Shown: positions 1-10,419, counted from the stretch's first letter. The stretch: 64,000 nucleotides of DNA from Promethearchaeota archaeon (GCA_048939015.1 JBHLPW010000019.1:13765-77764), one strand, 5' to 3'. Numbers and translations are program-made. The notes: generated by a model from the sequence alone, not told the origin.

Positions 1-367
1 ATTCATTTTTAATTTTAGCCCATGATTTATACCTAATGCTTCTCCAAAATCCTTCTTCTCTAGCTAGTTCTGTGGACAATTCAGTGCTAGGATGATGAAA
101 ATCAAAGATTGGAAGATTTTCAATTCCACCATCATTACAGAATTTACATTTGATTAAACCATTAGTAACAAATCTAAAAGCATGAATTTTATTTATCCAA
201 CTCTTTATCTGTAAGCGATATACTTCCATTTTAATATTACATGTTTTGCAAATTGAACGTTTGATATGAGGATAATCAGACCTATTTTTAAATTCGATAT
301 AATGTTTAATCTGATGACATTTACTGCATTCTCTTTCTTCTTTCTCAGGATTATTATATAATCTCAT
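1..367 (-). CDS. Zn-finger/HNH-type endonuclease-like protein (3' end runs off window)
   Basis: Not in the ORF track. Manual translation from ATG at 367 gives MRLYNNPEKEERECSKCHQIKHYIEF...SICKTC...KCKFCNDGGIENLPIFDFHHPS..., i.e. CxxC/CxxC followed by CxxC...FHH, typical of HNH-like nucleases. Open to position 1. Confidence 0.65.
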   Translation of the reverse strand, partial: MRLYNNPEKEERECSKCHQIKHYIEFKNRSDYPHIKRSICKTCNIKMEVYRLQIKSWINKIHAFRFVTNGLIKCKFCNDGGIENLPIFDFHHPSTELSTELAREEGFWRSIRYKSWAKIKNE

Positions 368-442
368 TTTTAAAATAGAATCGTATTAGTATTCAATTTA
401 CTATATTATTGATATGATTATATTTAAAATAAAAAAAAAATA

Positions 443-480
443 GGAGCCAAGTGATCGATGGTTCAATTCCCCTTCTCCCA
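443..480 (+). repeat. Degenerate tRNA 3'-half fragment (possible att-site remnant)
   Basis: GGAGCCAAGTGATCGATGGTTCAATTCCCCTTCTCCCA resembles the 3' half of the tRNA-Arg here (GGAGCCAGATATCGAGGGTTCAAATCCCCCCCGGGCCA). No 5' half: an A-run lies upstream. Confidence 0.45.
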
Positions 481-615
481 TAAATTCTTTTATAGGAGAA
501 TCTCTATATTACCCAATTTATAATAAATTACTTCTCTTTTAGTATCTAAACTTTTATTATTAAGCATTATTATCAATCACTCAAAAGTTATAAAACAGAT
601 TAGGAGGTAATTATA

Positions 616-825
616 ATTATAGGTTTAGAAGATATTCAAGATTATGAATGGGCAAATGATTGGAATATTATTGTAGAATTATTTGATGTGATTAGCAAAT
701 TAAAGGGATTATTTAATAATTTAGATGTTAGTTATCTTCGGGAGGTAGAACAAAGAATTTTAACTTTAAATTTAGAAAAATATGTGTGTTCTTTACAGAA
801 TTATATAATAGATAAATATTCTTAG
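616..825 (+). CDS. Small helical hypothetical protein (~69 aa), non-canonical ATT/ATA start
   Basis: The frame is open from the TAG at 601-603 to the TAG at 823-825 and reads (I)IGLEDIQDYEWANDWNIIVELFDVISKLKGLFNNLDVSYLREVEQRILTLNLEKYVCSLQNYIIDKYS. A perfect SD AGGAGGT sits at 602-608. Confidence 0.6.
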   Translation: MIGLEDIQDYEWANDWNIIVELFDVISKLKGLFNNLDVSYLREVEQRILTLNLEKYVCSLQNYIIDKYS

Positions 826-955
826 TATCATTATTTAAAAACACTTAATACTATACTCATTATATTAACGGAATCTTATCTACTTAGTGAAAATTTATAA
901 GTGGATTTGGGCTATTTTTTGATCAAAAATACAAAAAAAATGATGTGAGATAAAA

Positions 956-1258
956 GTGCTATGGAGTGAGTTACAAAGATCAGATAAAGTCATGTGTTTC
1001 GTAGCATTAGTTGGTGGTATAGTTGCACTAATAGAGTCTCTATTACATATGATAGGGATTCTGAATTTTTGGAGTTTTAATATTTACACGGAAATTATTG
1101 CTCTCGTTTTTGCCATATTTGCTTTATTGTTAGGAATAAAACCAATACAATATACTCCATCTATTCTTACGGTTATTGGGATTTTGTTAATAATATTTGC
1201 TAGCTGGATAGGTGGAATAATAGTACTTCTTGCGGGAATTCTAGGGCTTATAACATAA
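956..1258 (+). CDS. Small multi-pass membrane protein
   Basis: 100 aa with about 4 hydrophobic segments. Confidence 0.7.
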   Translation: MLWSELQRSDKVMCFVALVGGIVALIESLLHMIGILNFWSFNIYTEIIALVFAIFALLLGIKPIQYTPSILTVIGILLIIFASWIGGIIVLLAGILGLIT

Positions 1259-1337
1259 ATTTAAAAAAAAATTCATCTTATTTTTTTTATATATTTGGCG
1301 GTATAATAGAGAACCTCTTTAAAATTTAAAGCGCGAA

Positions 1338-2195
1338 TCAATTAGTGAGAGCAAGTGCTAATATTAAGGCACCATAAATCTCAGAGAATTTTCCAACTCG
1401 AGAAGTATCTATTATAGGATTTTTTAATCCCATATAAATAGCACCATATGCTTTACCTCCACCTAAATGAACCAATGTACGGTAAATCAAATTTCCAGAG
1501 ATGCCATTTGGAGCTAAGATTAGATTTGCTTTATCTTCTACCGCTTTTTCTATCAGTATTTCATCATGGGAAATGTTAAGATCCTTATATTTCTCTTTCA
1601 TAAATTTGACAATTTTTTCAGCATCTTGAATAGTTTGGTCAACTTTAACATCTCTCCCAAGATCACCTATTCTTCCACCACTCAATATACTGGTTTTAGG
1701 TACTACATTAATTCTATGCAATTCTTTAAAAGCTGCCTCTAAAAATGCAATTTTTTTATTAAAATTATTACATTCATCAATTCCGACTGGACCGTAGAAG
1801 AATTGATGTCCATTAACAGTTTCTAATAGGGCTAGTCTATTAATTGTTTTTATATTAAGTTTTATTTTAAGATTCTTTAGAAATTTATTTGAATTTAAAG
1901 ACCCACGTACAATTGAATCAATTGCATTCTTTTCCAAAAATTCCACAATATAATTTTCAGGATCTTGGCATTCAACAAATTTCATTCGTGATTTAATGTT
2001 AACTTTATGAGATGGCTTAATGAGCTCAACAATTTTTTTTTCAGTGCCAAATAAAAATACATTTGATTTGTATTCTTGTAAAAAACTTAAACTTGCTTTT
2101 AAGATTTTTTGGTTATGGACTTCAGATTTTCCTAATCCTATTCCAATATTTCTTTCTTTATCTTTTGCTGCTAATTCAAATTTCTGTAACATCAT
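1338..2195 (-). CDS. mtxX: MtxX / methanogenesis marker 4 family protein (phosphotransacetylase-like fold)
   Basis: Motifs VRGSL, PVGIDE, LSGGRxxDxGR, ILIE and APNGISGNLIYRTLVHLGGGKAYGA, DTSR. Confidence 0.75.
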   Translation of the reverse strand: MMLQKFELAAKDKERNIGIGLGKSEVHNQKILKASLSFLQEYKSNVFLFGTEKKIVELIKPSHKVNIKSRMKFVECQDPENYIVEFLEKNAIDSIVRGSLNSNKFLKNLKIKLNIKTINRLALLETVNGHQFFYGPVGIDECNNFNKKIAFLEAAFKELHRINVVPKTSILSGGRIGDLGRDVKVDQTIQDAEKIVKFMKEKYKDLNISHDEILIEKAVEDKANLILAPNGISGNLIYRTLVHLGGGKAYGAIYMGLKNPIIDTSRVGKFSEIYGALILALALTN

Positions 2196-2214
2196 CTTTA
2201 GAATAGAAAAATGT

Positions 2215-3351
2215 CTAAAAAAAATTGTATACTAGAAAACCTAAAATGATTGTTAGGGCGTCGTACACGCCGTGGGTAACAATAACTGCTAATAAATTTT
2301 CTTTTCTCCAATAATATATAAAACCTAATAATAGTGAAATTGCAAAATATGGAATAAAAGATAAAAGAAATGAAACTAGTAAGATTAAAGGATCCTCAAG
2401 AAACATCGTGATTACTCCTAATACGTGAATTAATGCAAAAATTAGTGCAGTAATTATAAGCCCTGCTTTGTTACCTAAACTCCGCACCAATCCTTTTTGC
2501 ATAAATCCTCTAAATAAGATCTCTTCAGATGTTCCAATAATTAGGATCATCACTGCGGATAAAAGAATGATGCTAAGAATATCTGAAGAGCCAATAATAT
2601 ATTCTATATCGCTAGTAGTAGTACTAACGGTTCTTACGATCTCAATGCCAAGGAATAATTCGAGGATAATTTCAGTTAGAAAAGACACCACTGCAACCAA
2701 AAAGAGTCCAACTATTGCAAATGCTAAACCCAATACTATTTCTTTTATTATCTTACTTTTTCCGAATCCTCGTACTGTAAATCCTAATAATCCTAATCTG
2801 TTTTCTAAATTTGGGTTTTGGAGGTATTTGGTCACATAACTAATTGGAACTACAATAAATATTATTTCAAAGAAGGAACTAAAAATTAAGAAATATGGAT
2901 TAGAAATGATATTATATAATAATTCTATATCAAATGACGTATAGATCAAAATTATTAAAATCCCAGCAGTTAAAAAATTCATTATAAGGAATGCACCTAA
3001 TGGAATTCCAATAGAGGCTTTAGTCCCCCATAAATTATAATTTTTAGGATTGGTTATCTCATCATCAGGAATTTTCTTTGGTCCATAAGAAACTCGAGGA
3101 ACACGATATTGAGGATATTGAGAAGATATAATATAAGGATTCCTAAGTTCTTCTTGTTTTAAAGTTTTATGTTCCTTAAGATACTCAAGATTCGTCCCAC
3201 AACTTATACAAAATTTAAGTTTTTGAATACTGGGTATTTTATTACCACAAACAGGACAAAATAGCCATTTATCACTCTTTAGTTCTGTTCCATCTTTATG
3301 GGAAGCATCTTTTTGATTTTTATTATTATCTTGAGCTTCTTTATCATTCAT
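2215..3351 (-). CDS. Zinc-ribbon + CPBP (Abi/CAAX type II) intramembrane metalloprotease
   Basis: N-terminal CPVC...CISC; motifs EEILFRG, FALIH, HGVYD; multiple TMs. Confidence 0.85.
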   Translation of the reverse strand: MNDKEAQDNNKNQKDASHKDGTELKSDKWLFCPVCGNKIPSIQKLKFCISCGTNLEYLKEHKTLKQEELRNPYIISSQYPQYRVPRVSYGPKKIPDDEITNPKNYNLWGTKASIGIPLGAFLIMNFLTAGILIILIYTSFDIELLYNIISNPYFLIFSSFFEIIFIVVPISYVTKYLQNPNLENRLGLLGFTVRGFGKSKIIKEIVLGLAFAIVGLFLVAVVSFLTEIILELFLGIEIVRTVSTTTSDIEYIIGSSDILSIILLSAVMILIIGTSEEILFRGFMQKGLVRSLGNKAGLIITALIFALIHVLGVITMFLEDPLILLVSFLLSFIPYFAISLLLGFIYYWRKENLLAVIVTHGVYDALTIILGFLVYNFF

Positions 3352-3450
3352 TATTAAACTACAAAAACACTTTAAATTACTAAAAACTTTGCATTTCTAA
3401 TGAAAATTCATAAATATCGAAAAAATGGTTAATTTAATAGAGTTTATCTT

Positions 3451-5352
3451 TTATAAACTATAATACTCTATGATATTCAAATCAGTCTGATAAATTCCAT
3501 GATTTACAGTCTGATGATAATTATAGGGTATAATTTCTTCGGCTTTCTCAACTTTTAACTTAAGTTTTATTGAAGGCATCCAAAATGTTTTATTTATATG
3601 TTGATATTCAGCCATTACCATATAGAGAAATTTGCCTTTTTTCTTTGGAATGATTTTAGTTTTGATTTTAGTCATTTCATTAGCTTTTAACCTTTTAATC
3701 CTTGTATACTCTAGCTTAGATTCAAAAGAATCAGACATAAAGAAATATATCTTTATATCCTTAATTTCACTTAAGTTAGGGTTCTCAATTATAACCGAAA
3801 TATTTTCTGGATGATCTAGTTTGAGTTTTTTATTCTGTACGTTAAGATCTATAAAAATAGGATATGGTATAGTTTTTTCATCTAGATCAAAACTTATATC
3901 AATGAGTTTTTGAAGATAAGGTTTGAATTTTAAACCAAATTGATTTTTTTGTTCTTTTAAAGATAAATTTTGCTTATTTCTTAACTCTTCAAACTCTTGA
4001 AGCATATAATTAATACTTTTTAAGATAATTTTATCAAATTCTGAATGTTTGACAGAAATAATTGATTGAAATTTATCATAATATTCAGACTCAGAGTTTT
4101 GAAGTAATAGATTTTCAAAAATTTCCTTAATAAAGGATTCTAAGAGTTCATCTAATTGAACCAAATTCTTATGTTCACTATCAAATTTCTCTATAATTTT
4201 TTCGAAATGAGTAATGTCCTGTAAAAAATCGCTTAACGAATTTAATAATTCAACAGCTTCAGAGATATAGGCTTCAAAAGCCTTTGATATCATTGCTTCT
4301 AACAATATATTGAATTTTCTTAAATTTTTATTTTTATAATTAATAAATTCTGTGCGATAAGATTCTAAATAATTAATTAATTTTCCAGAATGTAATTTCA
4401 ATAAATTTCTTTGATATTTTTGATATTGTTCAGAAGCTCTTTTTATCCAATTCCCAACAGTGTTTAACTTTTCAAGATTGTTTTCTTTATTAAAAATAAT
4501 ACTCTCTTCCAAAGTATCTGTAGATAACAATGGACAGTCTATCTTTATTTTGTCTAATACTTCGAGTGTATTACGCTCTAGTCGGTAAATATTTTCTATT
4601 TGATTGTATAAATTAATTTTTTGAAAATTATCAGCTTTAACTTCAATTAATTTGTTAAGTAAACTCTCTAACTTGTCAGAATAATATTTAGGATTGTTAT
4701 TTAGAAGCTTTCTTAATATCGCAGCAAATTCAGTAAGAATGATATATATTTCCTTTTTCTCATATATTTGGTTATTATCATTCTCTAAATGAACAATATT
4801 ACAATAATCCACAATATTCTGATAATTTACTTCTACAAAATGGTAATAATTAGCACATCTCTCAGGATATACTGAATTTTTAGCTAAAAAACTATAATAT
4901 AAGCCAAGTAATGATTTATTGATAATATAAGAGTTATGTCTAAAATCTTCAAATTTCTTTTTAATTTTATTATCTTTGATATAAGGTATTAGATAGTATT
5001 CAATAATAACTTCTAAATTACCCGCAGAACGAATTGAATTAAAAAGTCTAAAAGGATTAATTTCTATGTCATCTAATTTAGTTATAATGAGATGTCTGTA
5101 TTCATTGAAATCTGAGTTAAGACTATAGAAATATGATTCAATTGAAGATTTTCTTCTTTCAAGTTCTGAATTTTTAACTGGTTTTTCATTTTTAGATAAG
5201 GAGAGGCTTAAAATTTCAGATAAATAATGTTTAAGAGAATAAACAGATTCCATATATAATGTTCTTGCTCCACAATAAGGACACTGAGTTTCTGAACCCT
5301 TTATAATAGGTAATCCGCTTCCGCATTTCTTGCAAGGCATAAATGAGTTCAT
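3451..5352 (-). CDS. Hypothetical protein: N-terminal Zn ribbon, long helical region, C-terminal Ig-like beta domain
   Basis: CKKC...CPYC; helical core; C-terminal beta pattern ISVIIENPNLSEIKDIKI...IIPKKKGKF. Confidence 0.6.
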   Translation of the reverse strand: MNSFMPCKKCGSGLPIIKGSETQCPYCGARTLYMESVYSLKHYLSEILSLSLSKNEKPVKNSELERRKSSIESYFYSLNSDFNEYRHLIITKLDDIEINPFRLFNSIRSAGNLEVIIEYYLIPYIKDNKIKKKFEDFRHNSYIINKSLLGLYYSFLAKNSVYPERCANYYHFVEVNYQNIVDYCNIVHLENDNNQIYEKKEIYIILTEFAAILRKLLNNNPKYYSDKLESLLNKLIEVKADNFQKINLYNQIENIYRLERNTLEVLDKIKIDCPLLSTDTLEESIIFNKENNLEKLNTVGNWIKRASEQYQKYQRNLLKLHSGKLINYLESYRTEFINYKNKNLRKFNILLEAMISKAFEAYISEAVELLNSLSDFLQDITHFEKIIEKFDSEHKNLVQLDELLESFIKEIFENLLLQNSESEYYDKFQSIISVKHSEFDKIILKSINYMLQEFEELRNKQNLSLKEQKNQFGLKFKPYLQKLIDISFDLDEKTIPYPIFIDLNVQNKKLKLDHPENISVIIENPNLSEIKDIKIYFFMSDSFESKLEYTRIKRLKANEMTKIKTKIIPKKKGKFLYMVMAEYQHINKTFWMPSIKLKLKVEKAEEIIPYNYHQTVNHGIYQTDLNIIEYYSL

Positions 5353-5542
5353 AAGAATGAATATTCTCTTAAAAATTACTCCATAATTGTATATATCAGA
5401 GTAAATTATGGCTAGTTAGTTATTAAAATTTTATCCTTTACTTCCATTAAATCATAATATTTTGATGAGTTATTTAAGTCTTGATATTAAAATAAAGTAG
5501 TAAAATATTTGAATTCATAATTTTTGATTTCAATTACAAAAA

Positions 5543-7303
5543 TTAATGAGTAAAATAACAGAAAAGACGATTATTTTCTAACTTTATAGGATTTACAAAT
5601 CCATATCGTTCAAATTGAATTGTTTGATTCAAAGGTATTTTTAAAAGATTTATTTCACCATTTCCTTTTGATATTATCCCATCTGGCTTTAGAATTGATA
5701 TTTCTATATTTTCATCTTGAGGAACCCAATGAATAATAGAAAAGTCTCGATCCAATTCTTTACTATGATATGAAGCATTTATTTTCTTATTATTTAAATC
5801 AATTGAGTTAATCTTGATATTCATTAAATCTTTTAACCTTACTTTTTGATTCAACTTCATTTTTTCTGCATCGGAACAAGATATTAATATATTCAGCTTG
5901 TTGTTTATTGATACGCATTTTATCTTTCTATTCCCCTTTTTCGGTTCTGTCGGATTTAGTAAAGGTTCTGCCAGATACTCCTCTTCAAGAATGTCATCAA
6001 TAGTGATTAAGACAGGGTTTTCAACATAAAAATATCGATTGGAGATTTCGTCTATAATATCTTGATTTTTTGAATAGAGCCAATTTACGGAAAATGTTAT
6101 CCCTGTTTGAGACATACCTAGTTCCAATAAAGTTTTCCTTAATGCTTCAGGTTTTATTCCACGTTTTTTAAGGGATTGTAAACTCCATGTTCTAGGGTCT
6201 TCCCATCCATCATAAATTCCCTCTTGAATATTATTCCTTGATTCAGTTTTGCTTAATTTCATATCTGCAAAATTAAGTCTTCCATAATATAGTAATTCAG
6301 CTTTCTTCCACCCAAAGTGATCCCAAATAAATTCTTCAATGATACCCTCTTTAACTAAATCAATACCTCTTAATATGTGAGAAGCTTCTATTAAATGATC
6401 ATCAATAGCCCAAGAATACTCTAACATTGGCCATACTGTATATTTACTACCAACTCTTGGATGTTCTGCTTCAGAAATCCGCATAATAATTTGATCACGT
6501 AAGGCGGGATCTTTTTGATTCATTCCGGTCTTTAATCTTACTACAGCTTGACCTTCATGATACTTTTTTTGGAGCATAGCCTTCCATTCTTCTAAATTCT
6601 TTTCAACCGATTGGTTCCTGTGTGGGCAATCTTTTTTTATTTTTTTGTATTTTTCTCTAAATTCATTAGCAGTACAAAAACAGACGTAAGCCATCTGATC
6701 TTTAATTAATTTTTCACAATATTCGTAAAAAATTTCTAAGCGATCACTTTTGTAGAAAATTTTTGTATATTTTACTCCTAACCATTCTAATCCTTCTTTA
6801 ATTAGATCAAAGGCTTCTGGTAAGACGTATTTTGCTTTAGGACTGTTTCGCAATGATTTTGGGCTTCCAATGGTATCATCATAAAAAAGAATAAGATCAC
6901 CATTATATCTTTTAACATATTCATCATTTAATATTATCATCCTTGCGTTGCCAATATGCAGTGCTCCACTTGGATAAGGAGCTAAACGCATAATAACTTT
7001 CTTAAATTTAGAAAGATTTGGTAAATCTGGCAATTCTTTTTGTTCTTCTGTTTTTTCTTTCTTATCTAGTGCATGAGGATCTAATTCTAACAATTTTTCT
7101 TTTTGTTGATTAACAGTTAAATTTGAGATTTCAGAAATGATAATGTCTAATATTGGGATTATTGATTTCACTTGGGAACGTAAATCAGGTCTTGATGCCA
7201 TAAGTTTCCCCAATATTGCTTTTTTATTTGGTTTACCTTCAAAATTAACTGCGTTCTTCAATCCACTTATCCATAAAAGCTCTTTTATTTCCTCGTCATT
7301 CAT
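5543..7303 (-). CDS. gltX: Glutamate--tRNA ligase, archaeal type
   Basis: RLAPYPSGALHIGN (HIGH motif), KLSKT (KMSKS motif), GWEDPRTW, QFERYGF. Confidence 0.95.
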   Translation of the reverse strand: MNDEEIKELLWISGLKNAVNFEGKPNKKAILGKLMASRPDLRSQVKSIIPILDIIISEISNLTVNQQKEKLLELDPHALDKKEKTEEQKELPDLPNLSKFKKVIMRLAPYPSGALHIGNARMIILNDEYVKRYNGDLILFYDDTIGSPKSLRNSPKAKYVLPEAFDLIKEGLEWLGVKYTKIFYKSDRLEIFYEYCEKLIKDQMAYVCFCTANEFREKYKKIKKDCPHRNQSVEKNLEEWKAMLQKKYHEGQAVVRLKTGMNQKDPALRDQIIMRISEAEHPRVGSKYTVWPMLEYSWAIDDHLIEASHILRGIDLVKEGIIEEFIWDHFGWKKAELLYYGRLNFADMKLSKTESRNNIQEGIYDGWEDPRTWSLQSLKKRGIKPEALRKTLLELGMSQTGITFSVNWLYSKNQDIIDEISNRYFYVENPVLITIDDILEEEYLAEPLLNPTEPKKGNRKIKCVSINNKLNILISCSDAEKMKLNQKVRLKDLMNIKINSIDLNNKKINASYHSKELDRDFSIIHWVPQDENIEISILKPDGIISKGNGEINLLKIPLNQTIQFERYGFVNPIKLENNRLFCYFTH

Positions 7304-7316
7304 TAGATTTCTTCAT

Positions 7317-8618
7317 CTAATCTTTTTTTTTCTGTTCTTCTATTATTTTTTGTAATTCGTGAATTCCATTTTTCAGTATATTTTTTGCTATAAATGACGT
7401 TTCTTCTCTTTCTTTTTGAGATAAGATCTTTGCCTTTAAAGAACATGCCTTGAAAAAAATACTATCTTTAGTAGTTGAACCTTTAATTATGATATCAAGA
7501 ATATGTAAAGCCAATTGGAGTTTTCCTTTTTGAAATAGATTTTCAGCGTGAGAAAGATACTTACCTTCATCACTTATAAGTAAAAATTCTTTTGCAATTT
7601 CCTTAGATCTAGCAGGGAACAGATCTGTTGGATTTCCAGTTGTATACCACCCATGAAAAAGTCTATATACAGCATGTATCGCAAATCGATAACAACCATA
7701 TGCAGGAACTAGATACCTATGATTCTTGAATTTTTTAGGGTAAATTTCAAGCATTTCATGGTAGATTTGTTCAAACCATTTTCCTTCATTTAATCTTTTA
7801 ACAATTTCATCATAAACAAAATGCATTATCTCTGATCTGATTGATAATGCTTCTTGAACATTTTTCTTACCTTCTATTAGCGGTCCATGACCCGGTGCTA
7901 AATACATAGCATCTTTTTCCAACATTTTATCCATAGCTTTTGCCCATTGCTTAGGGTAACGTTGAACTTTAAAAGGATTACCGACATTCGGGAATGTAGG
8001 ATTTGAAACTAACTCACCCGGAAATAATACTTCCTTTTCAGGAAAAAACATCCATAGACTATCGTCTGTTTCCCCTTTATCATGATAAAGCTCAAAAGAA
8101 TAGTTGCCTAATTTAAATTTATAATTTTCATTTCCATGAATGATAATTGTTGGATTGATAGTGTCATGTGCAGAAACACCCTCTTTTGGTATTTTTCCTA
8201 TTGATGAAAATTGTTGTCTATTTATCCAAATGTGATATTTATCTAATTCCCTATATTTCTCAAATCTATCCAAAATGTTTTCGTGCCCAATAACTTGTGG
8301 CATCTCCCAGCCTTTTTTCTCAATTTCTTTAATGATCGACGCGTATCCAAAGCAATGATCATAATGCCCATGAGAATAAATGATGTATTTTATTTGCTTA
8401 TCGGAAAATTCTCTAATGTTATCGAATACTTTATGATGAAATACCCTACTTGATAAATCAAAAACTACTAAACCCTCATTGGTTTTTATCACACTGACAT
8501 TCGCGAATCCTCCAATTAGATAGCAAACATCATCTGCAAATGACCTTGGTGGAAAATTACCAAACCATTTGTTCATTGCATCCTTAGTTGAACTCATTTT
8601 TTTCCGCAAAATTTTCAA
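7317..8618 (-). CDS. MBL-fold alkyl sulfatase-like hydrolase
   Basis: SHGHYDH, GETDD, PNVGNPFKVQRY, PGHG, GWYTGNPTDL dimerisation region. Confidence 0.85.
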   Translation of the reverse strand: MKILRKKMSSTKDAMNKWFGNFPPRSFADDVCYLIGGFANVSVIKTNEGLVVFDLSSRVFHHKVFDNIREFSDKQIKYIIYSHGHYDHCFGYASIIKEIEKKGWEMPQVIGHENILDRFEKYRELDKYHIWINRQQFSSIGKIPKEGVSAHDTINPTIIIHGNENYKFKLGNYSFELYHDKGETDDSLWMFFPEKEVLFPGELVSNPTFPNVGNPFKVQRYPKQWAKAMDKMLEKDAMYLAPGHGPLIEGKKNVQEALSIRSEIMHFVYDEIVKRLNEGKWFEQIYHEMLEIYPKKFKNHRYLVPAYGCYRFAIHAVYRLFHGWYTTGNPTDLFPARSKEIAKEFLLISDEGKYLSHAENLFQKGKLQLALHILDIIIKGSTTKDSIFFKACSLKAKILSQKEREETSFIAKNILKNGIHELQKIIEEQKKKD

Positions 8619-8619
8619 T

Positions 8620-9585
8620 TTATTTATTAGCGAGATTTTGAATGATCATATTAGTTTCTTTCATAATTCGCTCAATCATATCTTTGACAGTCGGTATATC
8701 ATGAATAAGACCTACACCCTGACCAACAGAAACTACACCAACATCCAGATTACCTTCTTCATACATCATCTTAGATTTAGCACCGGCAGCAGCATTAAAT
8801 ATTTCCATTTGATCACTCTTCGAATTCTCTAACTCGACAACTTTCTGTGCCGCTGGATTATTCCATACTCGATGAGTAGCATTAAGCGATCGCATTATAA
8901 GCCTAGTATCATAGATAGAAGCTTTTATGAAAGCTTGTTTTAAATTTTCATGTATAGGACATTCTTGAGTTGCCATAAGACGAGTTCCCATAAGTGCCGC
9001 TTCTGCACCTAAAGCCAATACTGCAGCTACACCCCTACCATCCGAAATACCACCCCCCGCTACGACAGGTATGTCAATCGCATCAATTGTAGCAGGAGTT
9101 AATACTAATGTCCCAATATCATATCGTCCTGTAGCACCACCATTTTCCCAACCAACTACTTCTACTATATCAGCGCCTAATGAAGCTGCCTTTTGTGCGT
9201 ATCTTGTACCTGCACATTTGTGGATCCATGTGACCCCGTATTCCTTAAACAAAGGAATATATTTATCAGGCGCTTGATGACCAGAAGTCTCAATAATTTT
9301 AATTCCCTCATCTAGCATTACTTTTACATGATCAATCTGTTTAATTGGTTTTAACATAGGAAATAAATTTACATTCACTGCAACTGGTTTATTTGTTAAA
9401 GATTTAAGCTCTATAAGTGCTTCTCGTAATTCTTCTGGTTTTCTGTACATCACTGAAGCCATGATTCCAAGGGCACCAGCATTTGAACACGCAGCAGCAA
9501 AACTAGGATAACTAATATTCATCATATTCCCGCAGAAGATTGGATATTCTAATCCTAACATTTCTGTAACTTTTGTTTTTAACAT
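8620..9585 (-). CDS. Nitronate monooxygenase / FabK-like flavin oxidoreductase
   Basis: LGLEYPI, GWENGG, PVVAGGGISDGRG, MGTRLMATQE, GQGVGLIHDIP. Confidence 0.88.
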   Translation of the reverse strand: MLKTKVTEMLGLEYPIFCGNMMNISYPSFAAACSNAGALGIMASVMYRKPEELREALIELKSLTNKPVAVNVNLFPMLKPIKQIDHVKVMLDEGIKIIETSGHQAPDKYIPLFKEYGVTWIHKCAGTRYAQKAASLGADIVEVVGWENGGATGRYDIGTLVLTPATIDAIDIPVVAGGGISDGRGVAAVLALGAEAALMGTRLMATQECPIHENLKQAFIKASIYDTRLIMRSLNATHRVWNNPAAQKVVELENSKSDQMEIFNAAAGAKSKMMYEEGNLDVGVVSVGQGVGLIHDIPTVKDMIERIMKETNMIIQNLANK

Positions 9586-9671
9586 CTATTTACCACTTTT
9601 TCTAATTCTTATATGAATTTATTTTAATTTAATTAATAGAATCTAATATGATATTTCACTTTCTTGATTTT

Positions 9672-10349
9672 TTATTTTAGATTGAGTATACTCATTATAT
9701 CATCAAGATTAATTTCAGATAAATCCTTTATGATTAGCTGAGCTCCAGTCAATTCTTGCTTATTATGAGTAGTTGTAAGCGCAATCGATAGCATTCCTGC
9801 TCTTGTAGCAGCTTCTATACCTACAGGTGCATCTTCAATGACAAGACAATTTTCTGATTTTATGTTTAAAGTATTTGCAGCAATTGAAAAAACATCCGGT
9901 TCTGGTTTTCCTTTCTTAACGTCTGCTGCTGTCACAATAACATCAAATAAATCTTTAATTTTTAAACTATTTAAAAGAAGATCTACATTTTCAGCAGGTC
10001 CGCTTGACCCTACAGCTAATTTGAATCCCTTTAATTTTAAATCAGTTAAAATTTTGATAACTCCAGGTAATGGTTTTAATCTATCTCTTACCATTTCTCG
10101 ATAATTTTTTTCCTTAAATTCAGCCCACTTTTCAATTTGGACTTCATCTACTTTTGTACCTACTAATTTCCGAGTGATTGTGTGAGATTGTTGACCAAAT
10201 GTTAAATCAAAAAATTCTTTTGTAAATTCTATCCCAATTTCTTTTCCTAGTTTCACCCAACTCTCAAAATGAATAGGACCTGTATCAGCAAGTACACCAT
10301 CCATATCAAAAATAATACAATAATTAGAATTACTATGAGTAGAACTCAA
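9672..10349 (-). CDS. HAD-family phosphatase (beta-phosphoglucomutase-like)
   Basis: FDMDGVLAD, KGKPEPD, IEDAPVGI. Confidence 0.9.
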   Translation of the reverse strand: MSSTHSNSNYCIIFDMDGVLADTGPIHFESWVKLGKEIGIEFTKEFFDLTFGQQSHTITRKLVGTKVDEVQIEKWAEFKEKNYREMVRDRLKPLPGVIKILTDLKLKGFKLAVGSSGPAENVDLLLNSLKIKDLFDVIVTAADVKKGKPEPDVFSIAANTLNIKSENCLVIEDAPVGIEAATRAGMLSIALTTTHNKQELTGAQLIIKDLSEINLDDIMSILNLK

Positions 10350-10419
10350 AATTATAATTGATTTTATTTTTAGACTCTTAGGATAATAATAAAAAAAGAA
10401 AAAAATTAGTTATTTTTTT

